The notes under the pieces were generated by a model. It saw only the letters and a program-made list of their open reading frames with translations. It searched no databases and had not been told where the DNA came from. From contig NOWV01000184.1 in assembly GCA_003344405.1 (NCBI GenBank), positions 1 through 64,000 of the forward strand: 64,000 nt of DNA, read 5' to 3'. The position numbers were made by a program, and so were the translations under genes. This stretch comes from Trichoplax sp. H2. Its lineage: Eukaryota. This document shows positions 1-11,925 of this stretch, piece by piece. Positions within the stretch are counted from its first letter, which is position 1, and every line of letters starts with the position of its first letter.

Positions 1-592
1 GCAAATACATGGACATTACAGTCATTATTACGTCTATCTGTTCGTTCGGAGATTAGTATAAAGTTATCCCATACTTGTATATGATAATTAACATACACTG
101 AGGCATTTAATCTAGTCAACAATAGTAGAACAACTAATATCGTAGTAACGATCTGAGAATGTCAGATGTGCGCATAATGTAATGCAATAGTTCTTGATAT
201 GGTAATCCAACCGAGCGTAGAACTTTAATCAGTACAGTAGTACGAAATCATATAAAAATGGTGGCATCAATTAAATTGGTTTTACAGTTAGCAATCATTG
301 GAAGAAATTACAATTCTACCACGACTTGGCAAATAATCTGACTAATTTATTTTTAACTCTGACCAATTTAACGGCATATCGATAATTGCAGCAGTCAATT
401 AAACGGTACCCAATTTATAGATTGGGGCTTACGCAGCAGCGTTAATACTATTGTAACAGTAAAAACTAGAAGTTGGCTATTAACAATAAGACAGATGCGA
501 AGCAAGATATCAATTTGCACTCTAATGTTAGAAACTAGAATTGGCATTAAAAAACTACTGTATTCGCGATTTCAATCGAAGTCTTGCCTTAC

Positions 593-668
593 ATTGTTGA
601 ACTATGGTTAGAATTGTTTCGCGTTTTATCATTGATAACTGTTTTGTAGTCATACTGTTTGTCAAGTA
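593..668 (-). CDS. Possible next exon of the minus-strand gene (YLTNSMTTKQLSMIKRETILTIVQQ)
   Basis: tatacAG acceptor and T|gtaagg donor; open in phase 0; no recognisable motif. Confidence 0.2.
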
Positions 669-809
669 CTGTATATATTGGTAATAATCTTCTATACCAC
701 GCACGTTGGTTAACGCAAATTGGTAAGTTTAAAGCGATTAAAACAACTAAGCTAACTGTTTAAAAATTTACGTCGAAAGTCCAAGTAGTGCATGACTAAT
801 ATGTATAAC

Positions 810-1520
810 GTGGCAACTCCCGATCCCAACTGAGAAATACTGTATTAACTTAACTAAATCATTATAAATACAGGACATATCGTATGACGAAAAATTCAAT
901 ACCTATAGTATAACATTATAGAGCGTGGTTGTTCCAGCGTTACCATGGCACTGAACGTCTATACTACGCATTACAGTGCAACACTTTTACAGTACTCACT
1001 ACAGCATTCTGTATTACCGATCAGAAATCTAGCTGTATAATCTTTGATGGTACGTTCTTGCGTGAAAAGTTAACCTAAACTTTCAATATAAACCTTGTCC
1101 CGACCCCAACCGAGATGTAATAACCCAATTAGTGTAATAGCTAAAAAGCTGGAATCAACAGCTAAAGATATTGACTCCAACATTCAAGTGTTATGATACA
1201 CATCGTATTGAACGTAGCCTACGGTACACTATAGTACAGTAGCCAACGCAATTCAAACTTTCATGTGATTTTCGATATGATGTCATTCCATGAAAAGTCT
1301 ACCATGAACTTGCAATAAAAAACCTCATCATTCCCGACCCCGACTGAGATATAACTACCCACTTAATTTTACTGGCATAACGGGAGATCACGTACTAAAG
1401 ACATCAATTAAAGAATTGGAACGTTACCATGGCATTGAGTGGAGTAGATAACTAGAACATGGAAGACTTGGTATAATCTTGAAATGGTAGCATTCCATGA
1501 AATTGAAGATGAAAAAGTAA
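810..1520. repeat. Diverged tandem triplication (about 234-280 bp unit)
   Basis: CCCGA(T/C)CCC(A/G)AC(T/C)GAGA at 819, 1099 and 1333; GTTACCATGGCA at 939 and 1423. Confidence 0.8.
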
Positions 1521-1786
1521 ACTAAAAAAAAATTTAATTCATTACTACCAATTTTTCCGTTAACGTAGGTAACGGATTTAACATTAGTTTAGGGACAGAG
1601 TGAGTTAAATTGTCATTGCGAGTGTAGTTTATCTACTGCAAAATGACAATAAGCGTACTTTCCGTTGTAGCTGGGTATTGCTGATCGATTTTTTTCTCAT
1701 CTATTTTAACGTAACTCACTAAAGTACCCTAGCTATAACTTTTTATGATGTATTACGCAGACAATATTAATCACTAAGTTGCTTAC

Positions 1787-1885
1787 CTGCGTTTGCACCG
1801 CTCCGTCGCCACTGCTTGTTGACTGTTTTTTGCTACGACCGGAGGTCGACTCATTTGCAGAACTATCGCTGTGTTCCTGAGGCAT
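1787..1885 (-). CDS. First coding exon of an unidentified minus-strand gene (MPQEHSDSSANESTSGRSKKQSTSSGDGAVQTQ) that continues leftwards
   Basis: GC-rich 99-nt island starting with aagATG and ending in CAG|gtaagc (phase 0). Confidence 0.7.
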
Positions 1886-3163
1886 CTTGATCGAGTAATA
1901 TGTATGGCAGAATAATTAATCTATTTTCCTGTTATAACTTAGGGTGAATATCGCCTATTCATATCATTCCTTGCGTAATAAACGTCTTGAAACAATGCGG
2001 TATAAAGTACGATGCAAAGTATTGATTATTATTAATGGAGAGAGTGTAGACGATGAATATCTTGCTAAAATTGATGTAACAGACGATCAGCACTCGTGTT
2101 GCAAAAATTGATAAATAAGCATCCAAAAATCCAAGACCAATCTACTTTTTCTTGATATCCAATAACATATGAGAGAATCAACTTCTCTATGTCATAATAT
2201 TTCAACGTAATATAGCGATTAGGCTTTCTGAAAAATAGAATCAATTTCAAGACAATAGCGTATTAGAATCCAATGTTGTATAAGTACTGATACTGTACTA
2301 GACTAAAGTGATATTGTAAGTATTTCATTTCTACAGTATGTATAGTAGAACAACAATATTACAAGTCATACAGAAGCGATCAATATGACTTATATTTTCT
2401 GAATTTTACCGTAGACGTCATTTCAGTATAAAAAAAAAGTGAAATCTTTACTCTCTGAAATGTATGGTGTTGTACTTCAATAGAACTTTCATATCAATGT
2501 ATCCACTGTATACTTCAGTATTAATTAAAGATAATGTCAGTAAAAACTGAAATTTTAGTCCTACAACTTTGAATAACCTTGATAGGATGTTTTTCCTCAA
2601 TGTGCAGTACGTAATCGATCCGTCAAGAGTGAATTGAAAATCGACTAAGATAGAGTAGCACTGGAAACTCGGATAGTTGTATCGATACTAGATGGCTATA
2701 CAAAACTAAAAAACATTAGCGATTCATTTAAAAGTATTGCAAGTCTATTCCTCCTTTTCATTATTATAAAGTAGGAAAATGTTGTGTATTAAATAGAGTG
2801 GATACTCGAAACAAAAAGTCAGTTTCTTGGCTATTGGGGTGACACTAAAATATCGAGGATATTATTTTTATAGCAACATCCGATTCCTCTCCAATGATCT
2901 ATAACAGACTATCCAAAGACGGACTCTCGACTGGTAAAATGAATTTCTTGTACGACTAAAGACATTTTATCCGTTTCATAAGTCGGAACGTTAGTGAAAA
3001 AAATAAAATATTTTTTCTAGTCAAAAGTGGACAAAGTCTTGACGCGCGTTGGCGTTGTATAGAAGAAATGAGCGTTCAACAAGACTATTGGCTACTCCTT
3101 TTAACATCAATCTTGTTCAGGAAAGTCTTCCATTGATATTCTTAACCATTTGCATTAACTTAC

Positions 3164-3400
3164 CCAAGGTTGTGGCAATCAATTTCCAAAATTGAACGAG
3201 AAATTACCATGCAATAACAGTGGACTCATTACCAGTCATTAGTGTATGGTAATGAACTTCAGCCGGTCGGAGGAGAATCGCTATGTACACTCACTCAGTT
3301 GTACAGTCAACTGCAGACGACTGAAGGCGAGGGTGAAGTTGAAGGTCTATTGATATAGCAGTCATTGAGTGGCTAATTTACTATGCAAACTGTGACGTCG
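3164..3400 (-). other. Probable 5'UTR exon of the minus-strand gene (5' boundary approximate)
   Basis: GC-richer segment ending in a consensus donor TGG|gtaagt (3163-3158 on the minus strand), 1.3 kb upstream of the ATG exon. Confidence 0.4.
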
Positions 3401-3409
3401 CGTGTGTGA

Positions 3410-3598
3410 AGTACAGTACACTGTAGTGTATTGTACGGTCCTGACCGTACAGTACGGTACACTATACTGTATTGTACTGTCCTGACCGTACAGTACACTG
3501 TATTGTACTGTCCTGACCGTACTGTACACTGTACACTGTACAATACTGTACTGTACGCTGACTGTACTCACGGCTGACAGCCCCTGTACACTGTACAG
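3410..3598. repeat. GTAC/TACAGTA-rich minisatellite, 3 copies of TGTATTGTAC(G/T)GTCCTGACCGTAC plus CTGTACA tracts
   Basis: Copies at about 3427, 3468 and 3499; produces spurious ORF 3362-3652. Confidence 0.9.
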
Positions 3599-4070
3599 TT
3601 TTCTCAAGGTAACAATGACGACTTGTAACACAATCGTACGTCCTGGTATCATCCTACCAATACATCACGTACCAGTACACTGTTGTGGACATCGTACCGT
3701 ACGTGGCACCATCCAACAACGACGCTACATAAACAAGACAGACTAAGCTGCTGGACCCAATGGCTTGTTTGTGTTTCGTCTTTCGCACAATGGATTTTAC
3801 CCACGGACAATATGACTGAACCCACCGTAGCACAATGCAATACAATTGTATTACCATTACAATAGTAAGATGATCAATAGAGGTTTTATTGTCCGACCTT
3901 TTGCATCTTTGGACAATTCAATAAGCGTTTACCCTATAGACAATGTAGTAAGTCTGCAGTAGGCATTGGGTAGTCATGGGTGCGTGCGTTGGAGGATCAC
4001 TCGTATCAGCGCACCACACGTGTCGATACCGTTATGGCTAGGGCCAGTTTGGATCAATTGAAGATTGTTT
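3540..4070. promoter_or_regulatory. Putative promoter/enhancer with homotypic ACAAT (Sox/HMG-box-like) cluster
   Basis: ACAAT at 3540, 3612, 3630, 3787, 3807, 3832, 3842, 3859, 3913 and 3940; ATTGT at 3845, 3888 and 4064; locally raised GC. Confidence 0.45.
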
Positions 4071-7000
4071 GGTCAATGGAGATATTTCCCCTTAGCTTGC
4101 TGTTGTTTTTATATCGACAGTTATAGATAGAGACAGATATAGACAGTTATACTATACTGTATAGTAGACTGCAAGTTGAGAATTAAAAGATCAAATACGG
4201 AATTGAGCAGGGGTACAGCACAACGAGTTAGATGGTAAAAAAGGCATGAAGAAAATGCCAATACAATACTCATAGCGATATTCAATTTACTACACATTAC
4301 ACAGTTCAGTATAGTAAATAGCAATACTGCATTTATCTGTTGGAAGTAATGACAATAAAGATTGGCACATATTCAATATAGCATAGTCTTGTAATGTTAT
4401 ATACTGAACTGGAATTGGACGCTTGAAGATCAAACGTTGAACTTAGAAAGGGTATAGAGAATTGAACAGATATATTCATGTCGATGTTTTCAATTTACAA
4501 GACATCGCACTGTACAGTATATTAAATCGAAGTGCTTTGGTTGTCTTTTGTAAGCTATAACAAAGATTGCCGCAAATTGATTCACATAGATTGTGCAATT
4601 ATTTTAGACAAGGATAAATGCAATTCTCATCATAGAACAGTTGCAGGTATATATAAATCTATCAACCGTGCTATACAGGTATTGAAAGTCTAAAGCTTTT
4701 CTAACGCAGTATGATTGGTAAGATAAATAAAATCGATGATATTCAAAATAGACACGCAGTAGTCAGAAGAGATGTATTATCATCGAAGAAGACAGCAACC
4801 GGCGAGAATTATCATTTTTAAGAACTACTGTTCTAATATATTGTTACGTACAATAAAATGTTCAATAATAATATGATATGAACTTGGATTTCTTGTTAAC
4901 TTCACTTTATTAACTGAATTAATTCTTCTATCGAATGCCATCTCACATCAATATCTACAGACACAATCTGCTATTTTGTTTATGGCTGAACTGCATTAGG
5001 ATTTGCCTCGCTTAAACGATTTCAAACCCTACAAAGTTTTGCACTGAAGTAGCCGCCGATACTTAAATTACTACTGCATGACTCGTAGTAATTCTCAGAT
5101 ACTTGCTATAATAGACCGACTCGTAAATCAAAATTGATCGGTTTAGCAATTAAACAATCCATAATGCTGGCTAATTAAATGCGTATTTATATCTATATGA
5201 ATTAAGATCTATCGACCCATTTCTAGAGTAAAAGTTAATACCATTTTCTATTCCACTACATGTCAAGGCAGATCAAAATGATTGCACTGTTAATGACTTT
5301 ATATTCCAATGTTATTGTATTCAGAGAAATTTTCTCCTAAGTAGAATAAATATTCCTTATGAGTGTTTTACATACAATACTTATATGAATTAAGTTTTAC
5401 TATTATAAACAAAGTTAAATATCTGTAAATCGAACTGTCAAAAACTATGCTAATTAAACATAGGAGTGTCTAAGTGAAAATGAAGACATTATATGACATT
5501 GTACTTTGGACCCTTAACCTTTGATAGTAGCCGTTTATCTAGCTAAAATTGATAATTAATTAGTAGGTAGGTGTATGCTACGTCATAACTTAAATCAATC
5601 ATATAACAACAAATTTATCATGATAGCTTCGTAATATTATAGCTATAACAAATATATCTTATTTCTAATTACAAGTCATCATGGATTCTGCTTGTTTATG
5701 GGAGTTGATTTCAATAACCTACTGTGTGCCATAATTTATCCTAGGCGCAAATATATAATAAAAATTAAAAGATTTTTATCTCTGGCCACACCCGATATCG
5801 ATTTTGATACAGGCACGCTTTTGCAGTTATCAATTAATTTTTATGATATTTGTACTAATATTAATGTAATTTATTCCTATTTTTACCAGCCATTTCTTCT
5901 ATTCATTCAATCTATCCATACATATTTAACAACAACCATATTATTTCAGACTTATTTCAAATCAATTTCAAAATAGAAACTATTATAGAACATAGCCAGA
6001 AGTTAATGACTGCCGTTTCATAGTGCAGATAAATATCATTTGATAGTGCTGAGAATAAAACCTGCGAAGTAAAATCACGTCATTTCTAACTATCATAGAA
6101 TATAACTCTAGCTTCATCACCGAGTTAAAGCCTTGTAACCAATGTTGAAATATTACTCAATACTATACATGCCAGACTGAAAATACAATTTATGCCACCA
6201 GACTGGAATAAAAATACCTTTAGATGACGGCCAATTAAAATAATCCTTCCACCTCCTAAAATATATTTACTATCTATATATAAATTATTTAGTGATGATC
6301 TATTGTAATTATTTTCTGATTTATTTTTATGGTGTGGCTATGGAACTGTGTGCATTTTACTCTAAAATAGTAACAATATGCACAGATTACTTTTCTTTGC
6401 CTCTAATAGTAGATCTTTCTGCAATTTATATTCGATAGTATCAGCTGTTTCCTTGTAATTTGTCGGTCAGAATATACCGAGGAGCAATAATATGGGAGGT
6501 AATTCTATGCTTTACAAGGTCTAAAGCTAGGCTAGATTTACTTGGAGTCGTCTAGAGTAGGCTTGTTTAACTTACAAGTTGGAGCTTAGAACTATCACTA
6601 TAGAGATTACTTGAGAGAAGCAAATTGTTAAAGCTTTTACATGATTTTGCTACGTACCGTTAATGATATAATACTATTATGAAATAAATTTTTTTCTTTT
6701 CAAATATAAACTACGGTACCATTAAATTTACTGTAAGTTTACCTAAACCCTTAACTTAATACACTGTAGTATAGTTTAAGCTATTTTTATCTTAATAAGT
6801 CTTAATATGATACAATGATTACAATACAGTAACAAAATATCCCGCAAGCATAAAATTTTATTAATTCACTTTCGTGAATATATTGAAAACGATTTTCATA
6901 TAACGAATTATGATCATTTTATCTAATTCATGATCTAGTTAAATTCAAATGGCAATATAAAGTTTGTATAGGTGCTCACTTTAGTCACTATTAAAATATA

Positions 7001-9280
7001 TTGCTTGAAGCTAATGAATAAACTATAAATGTAAGAAAAAAATTTTTGTCTTATAGATCAAATGTAGCAATGAATATAGCTGCTCTTCTTTTATATCGGA
7101 GATACCAATTTACAATTCTTATTCTTGCATATTGCTATCCTTAGTAGCACTTTTTGATATTTTATATCAAATTCTTACGCCAATAATCCATTGATTTAAA
7201 GCAGTAATACAATCTATGCTCTCTGTTGCTTAGCCAAATATTCCCTACATACTATGAACTATTATTAATTGACTTTACGTAAATAAGAAAAATTAGAGAA
7301 AATCGGTCAGTACAGCCGTAGCAACGTAAAGCGCAAACGAAATTAACAGACATAAAAATTGCATACAGATCCAATTAAATGGTAATCTCAGTTCTTACTC
7401 ATTATGTATTATAGTCTATTCTACTAACTACGGAGTGAAAGTACATCGACAAAAAAGAATTAGTAAGTAGTATAAAGAATTGATTAGTATCTATATATAT
7501 ATATATATCATGATTAAGTCCTCTTATTAAACTACCTCTAACTTAATAACTAAGCAATAAAATATCAGCAAGCTATGTTTTCCAAGCAAATTCTTTGAAA
7601 GCAAAATCTTTGTATATAATGCATATTTAATTCCATACACTTTAATTAACCAGTTATCAGCATTAGTAAGCACAGACATGGAATAGAAACTTGTAGCATT
7701 TCTAAATTCTATAATCGTAAAAGGTTTAATACTTTAAAAGAAGAGGGAACTAAGCAACTAATCGTTCCATAAATTACATTTGTTCGTTATTAAAACTTTT
7801 TTATTACTGCACGGTACTGATTGCCTATAATATTTATAAATTATCTATTCCATTACGTAAACTCGGCTACTTCCTTTCTAATGCGTCCGTCGCCGCTTTA
7901 ATCGCTACTTATACAAACGGTGATAAAATAATCGAAATTTCGTTTCCTGGTATATATAGCGTGTATTATCATAATGATTAATTAGAGATAGATTAGTCAT
8001 TGCTACTCCCTGGGTTATTTAATTCCATAATTAATATTTTGCCATTCATATTAGTATATAAAAGGACGTTTGTATTGGTTTTCCAATACTTGCTTTCGAT
8101 GATGAACTATTTCACATCTTACTCATCATTCTAATTCTAATTTTTAATTACTTATATAATAAATACGAAAAATTAAAAGGCAAGTTTCTGGAGTATAGTA
8201 TGCGGCAGTTATGATAGTAAAGCTATAGCCATCTCAGCTAATTACAGCTGTTGTAGTTTGTAAGATTGCGAAACAAAGAGGCTAAAACTCATTCAACAAG
8301 CCACTAGAAATACTAGACACAAAATTATCTCGTTACTTACCACTGAATTATTTCAATTCCGCGATTGAGAAATTACTACTGAAATAACTGAGCTATGATA
8401 GCTCAGTTATTACATTTTCTAACATTTTTTGTTCGATTATGACTTGACTTAGCTACTCTGACCACTTTCATTATTACGTATTTATTGAGATAGAGAAATG
8501 AAAAACTGACAAAATTTAGTTCCATAAAACTTACATAGCATGTATGATTGACAACAAATAATTTATGGACTAATAATACCTAACTTGTATACTTTTCTAC
8601 AATAGTCTTTAGTGGCGATTGGAATAGGAAAGGGGCAATTGTAAAAATAAAATAGACTGATCTTTGGGTAGTAATTTATACGGTATTAAGGTTCACTAAG
8701 AAAGAAGAGACATGGATAAAATAGCTTGTTAGGTTTGTTAAATTCTGTCTGTTCAGCGTGAAATAGTTCTAGGCTAATGACTCTATCATATTATTTGGAA
8801 CGAGTAAAAATCGATCATTTTTTACTTAATTCCATATAAATCATGTCACTAACGACAATAAGTGATCATTTCAACTCAGTAGCATAATTGGTATTAGAAA
8901 ACGATCTGGTATTGTATCATAGAAGAAGATCTAGCCTTTCGTCTCCCTTTATCGCGGTATCAATTCCCATTCGAGGAAATTAATTTTGGAAATTGATTTC
9001 ACGACGGCTATCTACATTGAGTGTCATCATACTTAAAATGGGCTGGTTAATAGGGAATGACAATGAGTAATTTACTTTTAAATCAAAATATTTCAAGCTT
9101 CAGTTATTTACTTCAATCCCATTAAAAAGCATTTTATTTAGTGTTTATTATACTATCTACTGGCATAATTATAAAGAATGGCGGCTTGCCTGGTGTAATA
9201 ATTATAATGTGAAATGAAGCTGAAAGAAATGATTGAGTTATTTACCATTTATTGACATATTCAACGGGCTAAGATAGAGT

Positions 9281-9857
9281 TCTAGCATTGATATCATAAG
9301 TAATTATGGTGAAAATTGGCGTAAAAGGGAGCCAATATGATTATTCTCTATTCAATACGATTACAGGCAATATGAGATAGACTGTTAAGTGGGTGCAAGA
9401 TAAAATTAATTTTTAACTTTAATCCAAGTCGAATTTTGTTGATATTCCTTGCACTTGAACTAGGCATGATATTAGAGTTGACCAGGGTACGGTAATCTAT
9501 CTACGATGTAAACTATTGCTAGTTTAAGCATCAAGAATATTAAGTTTTAGTTTTAACTCTGACTGTATTTAGATGATTTTACTAGCATTGCTATTATAAG
9601 TAATATGGTGAAAATTGGCGTAAATGGGAGCTAATATGATTATTTTCAATTTCGGTACGATTACAGGTAATCTGAGATAGACTATGGATATGAGCTCAGG
9701 ATAACATTAAATTTTAACTTTAAGCCAAGTCTAATTACAGCAATATTCTTTGTACTTGAACTAGACTTGATATTAGAATTAATCAGGGTGCGGCAATCGA
9801 TCTAAGTAAATTATTACTAGTTTAATCATTAAGGATTCTAAATTTTAACTTTAACAA
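9281..9857. repeat. Diverged direct duplication, 300 bp unit
   Basis: CTAGCATTG...TATGGTGAAAATTGGCGTAAA...TACGATTACAGG repeated at 9281 and 9581. Confidence 0.9.
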
Positions 9858-11564
9858 TATAAGAAGGTTTTATTGGCCTTTTTTAACTCTGTATTACTAT
9901 GAAGCCATGAGTACGAAGAATACCGAAACTTTTTATTGGCTAAAGAATTCAAAGTGACATATTACTTAGCCCTATATAGTATAGTGTTGAAATTGAGCAT
10001 GGAAAGCAGTAAATTTTTCTTATACTGAAATTAAAGGCTTATATTATCTAGTCTATAACTCGTTGCATAAATGATTCATTTAAGAGTAGGAATGATACAA
10101 ATAGCGTATTTTACTAGATATTAAAGGCCATACTATTTTGACTCATAGCTAATGCTATCACATATTGGAAGATAAGACTGGTAATAAATTTTTTACTTAA
10201 CGAAAACCTACAAGATTACATTCTTCCACCGAGCTATAGACAAACATTTAGAAACGTACTATGTTTTGCCTTTAAATCACTAATTATATTAGATTCATTC
10301 TAATTTTATTTGTGTCACAAACCCTAAAGTAGAAATTCAATTCTAGCAAAATGTGTTTTACTCCATCAAATAGAATAAAATTTTACAAATTGGTTAAGAA
10401 AATAGCAGTTTTAGCACTTGCAAAGTGCTAACTCGTTCTATTCAACATCGCTTTTCTTCTCATTACAATAAACTACTTTAAATTAATTTTTAAAATTGAT
10501 AATTTAGCTATTTATGTTCGATTTAATTTTAATCTTATCCAAATCAATAACTACAGGATTTACGAATCAATCCCAGCAAATACTGTTTTACTTCACTAAC
10601 AAGACGAAAGTTGCAAACTGTATGAATGCTTTTAGTGTATAATATTTGAAGGCACTTTATGATAGCCTCTTGCATTAGTAAGCCATTTCTAGGAAACGTT
10701 CTCTTATTACTTAAATAGGATGGAGCTGATAAATTAATTTGAGAAATAGCGATTTAGCGACTGTTTTAGCTACAAGGAAATATCCAAAACAGAACTTTCA
10801 AAGACCATCATCATACGGTTATCATAACTACTTTTGCTATTAAAATCTTCTTATTGTTCAAAATGTATTTGAACACGATCAATGATAAAAACCAAGCTGA
10901 CCATTTCCCGTAGGATAACAAAAATAGTAGTTTTCATATTAATATTACATATAAAGAAAAGTCATAATTATGTGTTAACTATGAAATATCACCAATATCC
11001 CTATATCTTCATTGTATATTTGAAACTATATTGATGGCTCAAAGTTCAATTTACAACGAGCAAGTATTTCTTACAGTCAATTCCTGGTTGTAGACAGAAA
11101 ATAAGGAAGTACGCCAACATCCAAATAGAATAACATCAGATAAATAGAATCATGCAGGTGTACTCCTTCTCACTATTCATAATACAATAAAAATACTTTT
11201 GAACAGTAAAAGATAACCGATGATTTCTTCTTGATTATATCATTGTTATTAAAAGAAAGATAACTCAAATTGCTAGATGAAAAGAAAATGTAGGGAAAAA
11301 ATTGCCGCATTTTAAGACAGTAATAAAAACCCACGTATAGTAGCATAAATAAACCATTTTATAGACTTTTCTGTAGATTGAATAACAAGTAAAGGCTTTA
11401 TCCTATTCTTAGCTTGCTTAGTGAATAAACTCACCAAAAATAGAGCTAGACCAATATTGAATTTGGTGGCCCTACGGGTAGAATTGGTATAACAAATCAA
11501 CTTTAATAATACGCTTTCTGCTTTCCAATTGGTTTCTATATCTACCACCGTAGGCAGTATACCG

Positions 11565-11925
11565 ATTAATCTAACTTATTACTAGCTAGTACTTGCTCCA
11601 ATATTGCCCTGAACGATCTTTCGATTTGTCTTTTTCTAAGAGAAATTAAAAATACAATAATCCCAGAAGCTGATAGAATATGACTTATATTTCCCAGGCA
11701 ATATATCAATTGATTTAACTTATCACCAAGTAGTACTTGCTGCAATATTGCTCCAAAGAGATCTCACGACTTATCTGCTTCTAAGAGAAATTAAAAATAC
11801 AGTAACCCCACAAATATATAGAACATAAGTCGACTAAAAGATCTTTCGAGTTATCCTTCTCTACGAGGAATTTAAAATATAATAATCTCCCAAGCAGACA
11901 GAGAATAGGTCGACTAGGATACACC
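11565..11925. repeat. Diverged tandem repeat, about 145 bp unit, 2 full copies plus a partial one
   Basis: TAGTACTTGCT.CAATATTGC and CTAAGAGAAATTAAAAATACA recur. Confidence 0.85.

Noticed and set aside
3362..3865. Overlapping short ORFs from the ORF track
   Set aside because: They derive from the GTAC minisatellite and the GC-richer regulatory-like sequence; no protein-like motifs
4711..4717. ATGATTG|gtaaga, a 7-nt phase-1 start exon
   Set aside because: Too short to distinguish from chance without transcript data
10411..10431. Inverted repeat TTAGCACTT-GCA-AAGTGCTAA resembling the bacterial CIRCE element
   Set aside because: Spacer is 3 nt rather than 9, the context is eukaryotic and no chaperone gene is nearby
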